Assembly (NCBI GenBank): GCA_016928695.1
Contig: JAFGKF010000116.1
Span: 1 to 40,795 of the forward strand
From: Candidatus Sumerlaeota bacterium
Lineage (GTDB): Bacteria > Sumerlaeota > Sumerlaeia > JABWBI01
Direction: 5' to 3'
DNA: 40,795 bases
A program made the translations under genes and the position numbers. Shown here one piece after another: positions 1 through 10,473 of this stretch. The notes beneath the pieces are model-generated. The model did no database searches and was not told where the DNA came from. It saw only the letters and a list, made by a program, of their open reading frames with translations. Numbering within the stretch: position 1 is the first letter of the stretch; each line of letters opens with the position of its first letter.

Positions 1-922
1 CGTCGACATCGAGCTGAATGCGCAGCGTGCCGGCCACGTCGCCGAAGTTGGTGAAGACGACGCCGCGGCTCTGCTCGGGCTCGAGTGTCAGCGACTTCGC
101 GTCGATGCGCTCGCCGTCGAGAGAGAGCTCGAGGATCGTGTCCACCTGCCGCGTCGTGGCGTTGAGCACCTCGGCGAAGATCTCCACGCGGCTCTGATCG
201 CTCAGCCCCCGGCTCAGGCTGAAGGCGACCAGCCCGACGTTCTCACCCCCCGTGCCGCAGCGGATGTAGCGCATGGGGGGGGCGTCGCCCTCCTCATCGA
301 GCATCTCCATCAGCGCCTCGGTGCGCGTGCCCAGCGCGCCGTCGCTGAGGAGGATCACCTCCGGGTTGGGATGGCGTTGGACGAGGGATCGGACCAGCAC
401 CAGGGCATCGGTGATGTCGGTCGGCTGGTCGGTGGGCTCGATCGCCCGGATCGCCGCCCGAAGCGCCGACGCGTCATCCGTGGGGAGGGAGGCGAGCTCC
501 GTTCGGCTGTTGAAGGTGGCGACGATCATGCGGTCGCCCGGCCCGAGGTTGTCGACGAGCTCGAGGGCCATGGCCTTCGCCTGGTCGAGGCGGGTGTCGA
601 AGTCCTCGACGTCGGTCGCCTGCATCGAGGCGGAGGTGTCGATCAGGACGATCTTCGTCTCATTGCGCTCCTGGTCCATCGCCAGGAAGGGGCGTGCGAG
701 CGCGAAGACGATCAGCGCGGCGATGAGCAGCTGGAGCCAGAGGAGCAGGTTGTTGCGCAGCCTCTGGAATGGGGCGTTGGCCGTCAGGTCCTGGAGCGAG
801 CGGAGCCAGAGCAGCGTCGAGGGGACCTCCTGGCGCTGGCGCTTGAGCTTGAGGAGATAGAGCACCACGATCACGGGGAGCGTGAGGGCGAAGGCGAACA
901 TCAGGGGGGCAAGAAAGCTCAT
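1..922 (-). CDS. BatA N-terminal domain + VWA domain protein (runs off the window edge)
   Basis: Not in the ORF track because there is no stop in the window. ATG at 922-920 overlaps the DUF58 stop (ATGA). Reads MSFLAPLMFAFALTLPVIVVLYLLKLKRQRQEVPSTLLW...LLLWLQLLIAALIVFALARP (BatA signature), then VLIDTSASM (MIDAS DxSxS) and ILLSDG. Confidence 0.85.
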   Translation of the reverse strand, partial: MSFLAPLMFAFALTLPVIVVLYLLKLKRQRQEVPSTLLWLRSLQDLTANAPFQRLRNNLLLWLQLLIAALIVFALARPFLAMDQERNETKIVLIDTSASMQATDVEDFDTRLDQAKAMALELVDNLGPGDRMIVATFNSRTELASLPTDDASALRAAIRAIEPTDQPTDITDALVLVRSLVQRHPNPEVILLSDGALGTRTEALMEMLDEEGDAPPMRYIRCGTGGENVGLVAFSLSRGLSDQSRVEIFAEVLNATTRQVDTILELSLDGERIDAKSLTLEPEQSRGVVFTNFGDVAGTLRIQLDVD

Positions 923-1818
923 CTCAGGAGCCCCCGTCTGCGGAGGAAGTTCAGGATCAGCTGATCGAACGGGGTGTCGGTCGAGGCGACGGTGTAGACC
1001 ATGCCGTGGGCGTTGCACCAGTCGCGCGCGGAGGTGCACAGGGCGTCGAGCATCTCGCGGTAGCGCCGGAGCAGCGGTCTGTTGATCGTCACCTCTGTGC
1101 GGTCACCCGTCTCGCAGTCGACGAGCTCGAGGTGGCCCAGGAGCTTTGGCTCGAGCTCGTCTCGGCTCAGCAGGTGGAGGACGTAGACCTCGTGGTTGCG
1201 GTGGAGCAGCCACTTCAGGGCGTCCTCGAAGCCGTGCGGGTCCATCAGGTCGCTGAGCAGGACGACGATGCCGCGCGATCTCTGCTGGAGGACGAACTGG
1301 CGGCAGGCGGAGGCGAGGTCGGTGTCGCCCTCGCCCCCGAGGTCGCCGAGGAACTGCAGCAGCGCCCAGGTGCGCGCGCGGCCGCGCGTCGGGGCGAATG
1401 TGGCGAGCTGTCGCCCGCGCATGGCGTAGACCCCTGCCTTGTCGTTGTTGATCAGCGCGATGTATCCCAGCGCGGCGGCGACGCGGCGGGCATAGAGCAG
1501 CTTCTCGGGCTGGCCCATCGTCATCGACTTCGAGACGTCGACGAGCACGTGGAGTGTCATCTCCTGCTCCTCGAGAAAGAGCTTGAGGAAGAGGCGCTCG
1601 AGCCGCGCGTAGATGTTCCAGTCCAGATGCCGGATGTCGTCGCCGGGAATGTACTCGCGGTGGTCGGCGAACTCGATCGACGTGCCGCGGCGCTTCGAGC
1701 GCCGCTCGCCGCGCAGCCGCCCCGCCAGCACCTTGCGGGCGGTCAGCTGGAGCTGCTCGATGCGGCGCAGGAAGTCGCTGTCGAGCAGGGTGCGCGGGCC
1801 GTCGGTCACGGGCGCCAT
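919..1818 (-). CDS. DUF58 family protein (MoxR-associated, VWA-like)
   Basis: GERRSKRRGTSIEFADHREYIPGDDIRHLDW and DVSKSM motifs; near moxR. Confidence 0.92.
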   Translation of the reverse strand: MAPVTDGPRTLLDSDFLRRIEQLQLTARKVLAGRLRGERRSKRRGTSIEFADHREYIPGDDIRHLDWNIYARLERLFLKLFLEEQEMTLHVLVDVSKSMTMGQPEKLLYARRVAAALGYIALINNDKAGVYAMRGRQLATFAPTRGRARTWALLQFLGDLGGEGDTDLASACRQFVLQQRSRGIVVLLSDLMDPHGFEDALKWLLHRNHEVYVLHLLSRDELEPKLLGHLELVDCETGDRTEVTINRPLLRRYREMLDALCTSARDWCNAHGMVYTVASTDTPFDQLILNFLRRRGLLR

Positions 1819-2371
1819 GGGTTACCCCTCAGGAGGTGGTCGACCACCGCCTCGATGTCCTCGACGGCGGGCCGCTGGGGTGTGGCCCACCGGTGGCGGG
1901 CGAAGATGCGCCCGCGGTCGTCGACCAGTGCGGCGCTGGGTGTCACGTCGGTCGGGAAGAGCGTCGCGGACCGCTCGTGCTCGTGGAAGAGCGGCAGCCG
2001 GATCTCGTGGAATCCCATGTGCCGCACGGCCTCATCAGGGGGTGTGTCGGCCGTGGAGACTGCGATGACCTGAAAGCCCCGCTGCTCATGGAAAGGGACA
2101 AGCGCGGCCAGGTGGGGCAGCACGTCGCGACTGACGGGGCACTCGGGGGAGAAGCGGACGAAGAGGATCAGCTCGGAGTTCATCGCCGCGTTCGCCTCCT
2201 CCCACGTCATCCCCTCGCTGATGATGAAGTCGAGCTCCCCGCTGTCGAGGGGAAGCGGCGGGCGGAGGTACTCGATGCCCTCGCCGCGGGGGTACTCGCC
2301 GGGGTCGAAGGACCGGTAGAACGAGCAGGAGGTCAGCGCGAGCGCGAGCAGGGCGAGTGCAAGGGCGGGTC

Positions 2372-2375
<4 letters not shown>
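1806..2375 (-). CDS. Redoxin/TlpA-like thioredoxin-fold lipoprotein with CxxS motif
   Basis: Start reassigned to ATG 2375 (ATGA overlap with moxR stop). Lipobox LALTS-C. FVRFSPECPVS...GFQVIAVS...VTPSAALVDDRGRI matches the thioredoxin fold. Confidence 0.7.
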
Positions 2376-3381
<1,006 letters not shown>

Positions 3382-3385
<4 letters not shown>

Positions 3386-4230
3386 GACCTCACTCCTGTC
3401 TGGGTGAATTGGGGATTCGAAAGATGGCGATGCGGGCGAAGGAGCCACAGGCCCAGGGGGAGAAAGACCCCCGCGAGCCCGGCCGAGAGGGCCAGCTCCC
3501 ACAGCCTCGGAGTGGCGTCCGCCGGCGCCTCGATGAGGAAGCGCAGCAGCAACGTGGTGGTGTTGAAGAGAAGATGAACCACGATGCACGGCCACAGCGA
3601 GCCGCTGGCGAGCGCGAGCCAGGTGAAGATCACACCGATCACCGCGGCGGGCACCACCTGAAGCGGGTCGGCGTGGAAGAGCCCGAAGAGCACGCCGACG
3701 ATGACGCACAGGCGCAGGGGGCTCACCCAGGGCTGAAGCCCGCGCGTCATCACCCCGCGGAAGAGCAGCTCCTCGCACACCGCGGGAGTCACGGCGATGG
3801 TGAGCAGCAGCCAGGGGAGCTCGGCGGCCGTCGGGGCGGTCAGCGCCTCGGCCCAGTGATCCATGCGCTCCTGGTACCACGCGAACGGACCCAGCAGGGC
3901 TCCCTGCGCGGCCATCATCAGCCCCGCGGCACCGACAACGCCCAGCCCGAGACAGAGCGTTGCGCCCCAGTCGCGCAGCCTCGGCGCGTTCAGTCGCAGG
4001 GTTGCGGCCAGGGGCAGCTGCCGCCCGAGGAGGAAGCCGATGATGGGCGCCGCGATGAAGATCCACTGGGAGAGCGGCACCGCGCTCGCCAGGCCCACGC
4101 CGACCAGCAGGGGGCGGCCGACGAGGTGGTGAAGGAGGAAGACCACGATGAGCAGCGCCATCGCCTCGTCGGGGCGCAGCATCCGGGAGGGGCGATCACC
4201 CGGGGGCGGGATGACGGCGTGGCGGCTCAT
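3382..4230 (-). CDS. CPBP (CAAX/Abi) family intramembrane metalloprotease
   Basis: Multiple TM segments; motifs CEELLFRG (EExxxR), FGLFH (FxxxH) and HLLFN (HxxxN). Confidence 0.9.
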
Positions 4231-7193
4231 TTCATTTTCTTGCGGGCGCGCTTTTTCGCCTCGAGCAGCTTGCCCGTGTAGCCCTCGGGCTTGGCCGCGG
4301 GGGCCTGGGGCTTCGCCTCGTCGCCCCCCGTGGCGCGGCGCGGCGTCTTCGGCCGGATGGGAGCCTTCTCGACCTCACTGATGATGTCTCGCTGGGCCCT
4401 GACGCGTCCGAGCGCCTCCTGAAGGCGCTCCCGGTCCTCGGCGGTGGCGCCGGCCTCACGCTCCTCGGCGACCCGCTCCTTGACGTCGAGCAGGGCGGCG
4501 GTGCGCTCGTCGCGCTCGACGGGGCGGCGGCGCGGGATCAGCACAGCCACTGTCCAGGCCCATGCGGTGGCCACGCCCGCGCGGACATCGCCCCAGTCGA
4601 TCATGACGCGGCGGAAGAAGATGTCGATGGGGAGCACCATGGCGGCCAGCGCGAGCGAAAGCGGCCACATCGGCCTGCTGCTGCGGCTCGCGGGGAGGTT
4701 GTGGTCGAAGACCTCACGCGGCGTGACGTTCATCCGCCCCTCGGTCATGTCGGCCAGCTCGGTCAGCAGCGCCACGTTGGTGTCGCTCGTCTGGAACTCC
4801 GGGGAGTAGGAGAGCGAGAGCCCCGTCGTCAGCAGCTGGGTCTGGCCCTCGGTGCTCTCCGTGGCGATCGAGACCATGTACGATCCGATGTCGTCGACCT
4901 CGAAGCGCCCCTCGTAGCGCCCCGGGGCGGTCTGGCGGAAGGTGATCTCGCGGACGTCGTCTGGGTCGTAGCTGGGGGGGATCAGCCGTCCCTGGAACTG
5001 CGCGAAGTTGATGAACTGGTCGTCGTCGCTCACGGCGTCGATGGTGATCAGCCCCTCGGCGCCGGTCAGCTGGGTGGTCACGCGGAAGTTGCGGTCGGCT
5101 GAGTTGCGCAGCGACCACCGGACCAGCTGCGCCCAGAACCGCGCGTACTCGCCCCAGGTGAGCCATCGGCTCGCCCAGCGCGGCTTCGCGTCGCTGGTGA
5201 AGGCGACGGTGTGCCCGAGGCCGTAGCGCCAGTGGGCGAGCACCGGGTCATCGCTCTCGGGGACGACGATGGGGACGTCGGCGCCGGGCTCGGGCTCGGT
5301 GACGACGTGGCCGTCGAGGGGCCTGAGCGTCTCGCCGATGGCGAAGCCGGGCATCGCCTCGCTGCGCCGGACGATGGTCGGGGCGAACAGGTTCTCGTCG
5401 ATCATCGAGCGGCGGACGACGGTCGCCTCGCGGACGAAGATGCGGGGCAGCTCATGCGGCGAGGTGGGGTAGTAGAACCGCCCGCCGAAGTCGCGGGCGA
5501 TCTGCTGGAGCAGCGCGGCGTTCTGTGGGTGATGGGGGTTCATCACGACGGTCGAGATCGAGATCCCCGCGTCGTAGATCTGGCGGGCGAGATTCTGGTT
5601 GGGGGGCTGGGGATCGCCGTCGCTGATGATGACGATGTGCTTGGAGGCGGCCTCGATGGATGTCAGGCCATCGTAGGCCATCTGCAGCGTCTGGTCGAAA
5701 TCGGGCATGTCGCCCGGGCTGACCGCGTCGATCAGTCGGCGCCACTCGCTCTTGTCGCCGACCAGCCGCAGCTCGTCGAGCCAGTTGTAGCCGTACTGCG
5801 AGTACTGCCCCGTGTCCGCGCCGATGGGCGGGCCGAAGTAGAGCACCCCGAAGTAGTCGCGCGTCGAGAGGACGTCGAGCGCCGCCTTCGCGATCTCGCG
5901 CGCCCACGCGTTGCCGCTGGGGAACTCGCAGGTGTGCAGGATGACGGTCAGCGCCCCGTTGGGCAGGACGCGCCGGTGGCTCACGTCCATGCGCACGGGC
6001 AGGAGGCGCTCGATCGGGGTGTCCTGGTAGCCCCCGGGACCGAAGCTGTGGGGGCCTCCGATCATGATGAAACCCAGGCCGAGGTCCTGGACGCCGCGCT
6101 CGATCATCTCCATCTGGCTGCGGCTGAAGTTGGAGGCGCCGACGTCGGAGAAGATCACCGAGTCGTACGTCTGCAGCTCGGCCAGGCTCAGGGGGAAGCT
6201 CTCGGGGGCGCAGGCGTCGACCTCGATCTCCTCGGCGCGCAGCGCCATGATCAGATCGCGGCCCAGCGTGTTGGCCTCGCTGTCGACCAGCAGGACGCGT
6301 GGCTCGCCGCGGGCGCTGGTGAAGGCCTGACCGGTGTTGTTGTTCGGGTTGGCGTCGCCCGGCATCTCGATGCGGGCGCTGTACGTGTGGAAGCCCGGCT
6401 GATCGATGCGGCGCGGGATGAAAAAGACGTTGCGGATGTCGCCGCGCAGGGTGACGCGGTCCTCCCGGATCGGGCGGCCATCCTCGAGGAGCCACAGCGT
6501 CGCCTCGGTGTCGCGATCGGAGTCGACGAAGACGCGGACGTCGAACGGCGCCTCGAGGTGGACGCTGTTGGGCACGTCGACGCGGCTGATCCGCACGTCG
6601 CCCTCGCCGACGAGGCGAAGGGGGAAGACGTCGATCGGAACGCCACCGCCGACCGCCAGTCGCGCGGCCTCGATCGCCTCGCCGAAGTTCTGGTTGCCGT
6701 CGCTCAGCAGCACGATGCGCCGGCCCGTCGTCTCCGGCTGCACGGCCAGGGCCAGGCGGAGGGCGCCCGCGATGTTGGTCCGCGCGCCCGCGATGGCCGA
6801 CTCCACGTCGGCGACGGCCTTCGGCAGCTCAGGGAGAGCCTGGGGTGAGACCTCGATCGAGGGGTCGCGGCCAAAGATCATCAGCCCCGCCTGATCGTCG
6901 GTGCCCATGGCGTCGAGCGCCTCGCGGATGAACTGCAGGGCGAGGTCGCGCTGCTCCTCGGGCACGGAGTCGGACCAGTCGAGCGCGAAGAGGACAGAGA
7001 GATTCTCGTGCGTGCGTGTCAGGCGGATCTCGGCGAGCGCGAGGACGATGAGGGTGAAGAGAAGGCAGCGCATCGCGGTCACGGTGCGGCGCCGCGCCCT
7101 CCCCAGGGCCTCGAGCCGGCGCGTGCGCAGCAGCGTCCAACCCAGGAGCGGGATCAGCAGGAGCAGGGCGAGGGGTTGGCCAAAGGAGATCAA
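4227..7193 (-). CDS. Membrane-anchored VWA / glutamine-amidotransferase-like / VWA multidomain protein
   Basis: TTG start. Two N-terminal TMs, DWSDS MIDAS, LLSDG, GATase1-like segment (YDSVIFSDV...GFIMIGGPHSFGPGGY), second VWA (IVIISDG), WRYGLG...FTSD, C-terminal TM. Confidence 0.85.
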   Translation of the reverse strand: MISFGQPLALLLLIPLLGWTLLRTRRLEALGRARRRTVTAMRCLLFTLIVLALAEIRLTRTHENLSVLFALDWSDSVPEEQRDLALQFIREALDAMGTDDQAGLMIFGRDPSIEVSPQALPELPKAVADVESAIAGARTNIAGALRLALAVQPETTGRRIVLLSDGNQNFGEAIEAARLAVGGGVPIDVFPLRLVGEGDVRISRVDVPNSVHLEAPFDVRVFVDSDRDTEATLWLLEDGRPIREDRVTLRGDIRNVFFIPRRIDQPGFHTYSARIEMPGDANPNNNTGQAFTSARGEPRVLLVDSEANTLGRDLIMALRAEEIEVDACAPESFPLSLAELQTYDSVIFSDVGASNFSRSQMEMIERGVQDLGLGFIMIGGPHSFGPGGYQDTPIERLLPVRMDVSHRRVLPNGALTVILHTCEFPSGNAWAREIAKAALDVLSTRDYFGVLYFGPPIGADTGQYSQYGYNWLDELRLVGDKSEWRRLIDAVSPGDMPDFDQTLQMAYDGLTSIEAASKHIVIISDGDPQPPNQNLARQIYDAGISISTVVMNPHHPQNAALLQQIARDFGGRFYYPTSPHELPRIFVREATVVRRSMIDENLFAPTIVRRSEAMPGFAIGETLRPLDGHVVTEPEPGADVPIVVPESDDPVLAHWRYGLGHTVAFTSDAKPRWASRWLTWGEYARFWAQLVRWSLRNSADRNFRVTTQLTGAEGLITIDAVSDDDQFINFAQFQGRLIPPSYDPDDVREITFRQTAPGRYEGRFEVDDIGSYMVSIATESTEGQTQLLTTGLSLSYSPEFQTSDTNVALLTELADMTEGRMNVTPREVFDHNLPASRSSRPMWPLSLALAAMVLPIDIFFRRVMIDWGDVRAGVATAWAWTVAVLIPRRRPVERDERTAALLDVKERVAEEREAGATAEDRERLQEALGRVRAQRDIISEVEKAPIRPKTPRRATGGDEAKPQAPAAKPEGYTGKLLEAKKRARKKMK

Positions 7194-7205
7194 GGCGCGC
7201 CTGGG

Positions 7206-7577
7206 TCACTCGTTGGGTTCGGTCACGGTCTCGAGGATCATGCGCACCTCCCGGTGCGAGAGCGAGCGGGCCATGGCCAGCACGTGGCAGTCGATGAGGG
7301 TCTCGCCGATCCCGACGCGGATCAGGCCCGTCCGCGCGTCGTGCCAGCGGGTGAGCAGATCGATGCGGTCGAAGATCCCCTCCCACAGCTCCTCGGGGGG
7401 TGTGGGCACCTCTCCCATCGCCTCGCCCCCGCGGATGAGGGTGATGTCGAAGGCGTCGCCGCGCCAGTGGAGGTGGATCTCGTCGACACCCTCCTGCAGC
7501 GCGCTGAGCAGCGTGTGGCCGAAGATCTGCGCGATCAGCGGGTTCTCGCCCGGGCGCTCTGGCGCGTCGTCGGTCAC
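7206..7577 (-). CDS. Small protein (123 aa) resembling the N2D/PAS-like domain of PilB/GspE ATPases, with no ATPase domain
   Basis: GTG start overlaps the NHL gene stop (GTGA). PLIAQIFGHTLLSALQEGVDEIHL...PPEELWEGIFDRIDLL...TGLIRV...IDCHV...EVRMIL parallels PilB PIVKLVNxILxDAIxxGASDIHI...PP...RIKIM...DGRI...DxRVS...EKVVxRIL. Confidence 0.6.
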   Translation of the reverse strand: MTDDAPERPGENPLIAQIFGHTLLSALQEGVDEIHLHWRGDAFDITLIRGGEAMGEVPTPPEELWEGIFDRIDLLTRWHDARTGLIRVGIGETLIDCHVLAMARSLSHREVRMILETVTEPNE

Positions 7578-8542
7578 TGTGCCATCACCTGCAGGCGGTG
7601 GTTCTCGGTGTCGGCCACCACGAGGGCTCCGTCGGGCCGCACCGTCACGCCCCAGGGCGAGAAGAGCTCCCCGGGCTCGCGCCCCTGCCCTCCCCAGGAG
7701 CGCTCGAAGGTGCCGTCGGCGGCGAGCCGCTGCACGCGCATGTTCTCCCACTCACAGACGTAGATCTCGCCCGCGGGCCCGAGCGCCACGTCGTAGGGGT
7801 AGCGGAACTCCCCCTCGCCCGTGCCCTCGTGCCCGATCGACTCCAGGATCTCGCCCTCGGGCGACATGCGCACGAGGCGGTGGTGGCACGAGTCGGCCAG
7901 GAGCAGATCGCCGCGGCTCTCCTCCCAGACGATCGCCATCGGCCGCATGAGAAGGTCGTCGCCCGTCTCGGGGTCGCGCGGATTCCACTCGTCGATGAAC
8001 TCCCCCTCCTCGGTGAAACGGAGCACGCGCACACGGTTGCCGTACTCGGTGACGTAGACGTGGCCGCGGCCGTCGAGCGCGACGTCGGTGGGGAAGATCA
8101 TCTGGCCCGGGCCGATCTCGCCCGAGGGCGGGGCGGACTCGCCGAACTGCAGGATCATCTCGCCGTCGGGTGTGTAGACCAGGATGCGCGAGTAGTGCGT
8201 GTCGGCGACCCAGAGATTGCCCTTGTCGTCGAGCGTCATCCCCGTCGGTGTGCCGTTGTCCCACGCGGGCAGCCGCCAGCGCGTCTCGGGGGAGCCGTCG
8301 GGCGCGAGCCGCTGCACCCAGCCGGAGCGGTCGATGACGAACAGTCTTCCGTCGGTGTCGCAGATCACGGCGCGCGGCCGCATGAACTGGCCGGGTGCGA
8401 GGCCGCGTCCGCCGATGATCTGAATGCCAGGGACCTGCGACGCGGTCTGATTGTCTCGGGAGCTCTGGCAGTGAAGGGTGAACAGAGCGAGTGTCAGCGC
8501 ACCGCCCAGCGACAGGATCTGCCTGATCCCACCACGGGTCAC
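7574..8542 (-). CDS. NHL-repeat beta-propeller protein, probably exported
   Basis: Repeated GxGxGxFxxPxxV/I...G.lyVaD..NhRv units (GQFMRPRAV, GQMIFPTDVA, GEFRYPYDVA, GELFSPWGVT). N-terminal hydrophobic signal ending near a Cys. Confidence 0.9.
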   Translation of the reverse strand: MTRGGIRQILSLGGALTLALFTLHCQSSRDNQTASQVPGIQIIGGRGLAPGQFMRPRAVICDTDGRLFVIDRSGWVQRLAPDGSPETRWRLPAWDNGTPTGMTLDDKGNLWVADTHYSRILVYTPDGEMILQFGESAPPSGEIGPGQMIFPTDVALDGRGHVYVTEYGNRVRVLRFTEEGEFIDEWNPRDPETGDDLLMRPMAIVWEESRGDLLLADSCHHRLVRMSPEGEILESIGHEGTGEGEFRYPYDVALGPAGEIYVCEWENMRVQRLAADGTFERSWGGQGREPGELFSPWGVTVRPDGALVVADTENHRLQVMAQ

Positions 8543-10299
8543 GGCGCCTCGCTCTCCCCCCCGCTCTCATCGGTCGGGCGGACCTGCACCGGGTGGATCG
8601 CCTCGAAGTACTCGCGCGCGATCGTGCGGTAGCCCGCGGGGATCACCTCGGTCTCCAGCGTGTGCTCGGCCGTCTGCTCGTAGCTGAGGAAGGCGTCGCT
8701 GATCTCGATGTTCGATTCGCCGGGGACCTGGACGCCGTCGCGGTGCTCGAACTGGGCGATGATCACGCCCGGCGTGTGGGCGCCCTGCAGCTGCTCGTCC
8801 TCGAAGGAGGTCTCGCCCGGATCATCCTCGGGGGGGCGTCCGCCCATGCCCTGGCCCGGTCCCCCCGTGCCGCTGCCCCGGCGGCCCTCGGTGGGGCCTG
8901 CCCCCCAGCGGCCGGTGGCCATCGAGAGACGCCAGCGATTGCCCTGCCCTGCGCCGGCGCCTCGGCCTTCGCCCTCGCCCTCACCTCGTCCCGCGCCGGG
9001 GCGTGCACCCCGCCCGACGCCGCGCTGCTCCTGCTGCCCCTCTCCGGGGCGGCAGGCCATGCACGCGCGGGCGGCATTGAGGTCGGCCTCGAGGGCCTCG
9101 GCGATGGAGAGCTGCTGCTGCGCGTCGGCCATGTCGGCGGCGGCCTGGGCCATGGCGCTCTGCGCCTGCTGCATGGCCTGGGCCATCTGGGCCTGCACCG
9201 CCTGGTTGTCCCCGGCGCCCTCGCTCTGCTGCATGGCGGCGGCCGCCGCCTGCATCGCCTGCGCCGCCTGGGCGACGGACTGACCTGTCTGCGACTGGTC
9301 TCCCCCCATCTGCTCGGTCATCGCCTCCAGCTCCTGGGCCAGCTGCTCGAGATCCTCGGCCTCGAGCTCGCCGCTCTCCATCTGCTCGGCGAGCTCCTCC
9401 ATCAGGTCCTCGACCGCCTGCTGCACCGCCTCGGTGTCGCCCTCCTCCATCGCCTCCTGGATCGCCTCGGTCATCGTGGCGCTGGGGTCAGCGGCGAAGT
9501 TGCGGCTCTCGGCGAATTGCCTCTCCATCTCGGCGCGGCGCTCGGCCATGCGATCGGTCAGGTCGCTCAGCTCGGCCAGCTGCTCGATGCGCGAGGCGTC
9601 GGGCTCCTGGAGCCGCTCGGCGATCTCCGTCAGCTCGCGCCGCATCTGGTCCCACTCCTCGGCGTCGTCGAGGTCGGTCGTCGCCTCCTCGATCAGCGCC
9701 GCGAGGTCCTCGAGTTCCTCGGCGCGGTCCTGGTTGTCCTCCTGGACGATCTCCATCTGGCGGCGCTCCTCGGGGGTCAGCACCGAGTCATCATCGCGCG
9801 CCAAGAGGTTGTGCTGGTCCATCACCAGCGCCGCGATCGCCAGCGCGATCAGCGGCAGGGGGGTCCAGCGCGCCAGGGCGGGCATCGCGAAGGGGAAGTC
9901 CCGACGTGGGCGGATGCGCTCGGCGGCGACGGTGGCGTCGGCCTCGAGCAGCTCCTCCATGGGCTTGCGCTCGCCGCGCAGGAGCACCGCCGAGCTCAGC
10001 CTCTCGCGCAGACTCAGCTGCTGGTCGGCCTCGAGCGCGGTGCGGAAGAGGCTCTGGCGCCCCAGAAGCATCCCGATCAATCCCGCCGGGATCGCCAGGG
10101 CGATCAGCGCACCCACCGTGATCCAGGCGCCGTATTGCCAGAGAGCCTCGTCCTCACCGAACATCACCAGACGCGAGGCGATGAAGACGAGCGCGGCCAG
10201 GGCCGCACACCAGAACAGGCTGAGAAGGGTCACGCGTGCGAACCTCAGCCACATCAGGCGTCGGCGCACGGCGCGCAGTTTGCGATGCAGAGGGCTCAT
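8539..10299 (-). CDS. Membrane-anchored acidic/Gln-rich coiled-coil protein, first gene of the MoxR-VWA operon
   Basis: Three N-terminal TMs with ADxxLxLRERLSSA, long E/Q/A/M helical region, Gly-rich linker, C-terminal IPAGYRTIAREYF (typical of this operon's partner proteins). Confidence 0.75.
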   Translation of the reverse strand: MSPLHRKLRAVRRRLMWLRFARVTLLSLFWCAALAALVFIASRLVMFGEDEALWQYGAWITVGALIALAIPAGLIGMLLGRQSLFRTALEADQQLSLRERLSSAVLLRGERKPMEELLEADATVAAERIRPRRDFPFAMPALARWTPLPLIALAIAALVMDQHNLLARDDDSVLTPEERRQMEIVQEDNQDRAEELEDLAALIEEATTDLDDAEEWDQMRRELTEIAERLQEPDASRIEQLAELSDLTDRMAERRAEMERQFAESRNFAADPSATMTEAIQEAMEEGDTEAVQQAVEDLMEELAEQMESGELEAEDLEQLAQELEAMTEQMGGDQSQTGQSVAQAAQAMQAAAAAMQQSEGAGDNQAVQAQMAQAMQQAQSAMAQAAADMADAQQQLSIAEALEADLNAARACMACRPGEGQQEQRGVGRGARPGAGRGEGEGEGRGAGAGQGNRWRLSMATGRWGAGPTEGRRGSGTGGPGQGMGGRPPEDDPGETSFEDEQLQGAHTPGVIIAQFEHRDGVQVPGESNIEISDAFLSYEQTAEHTLETEVIPAGYRTIAREYFEAIHPVQVRPTDESGGESEAP

Positions 10300-10473
10300 G
10301 GTCGGTGGGTCCTCTCGGGTGGAGGTCTGAGGTGGCCGCCGTGGGGTGGGGCGACCCTCACTCTTTTGGACCCTGCGAAACCCCCTTTGGTTGAGTGCAA
10401 GTGTCCTTTTCCGAGGGGCGCGTGTCCAGCCTCAAACATGGGACGCATCGCGCCCCCCAGCGGTTGACAGGAT

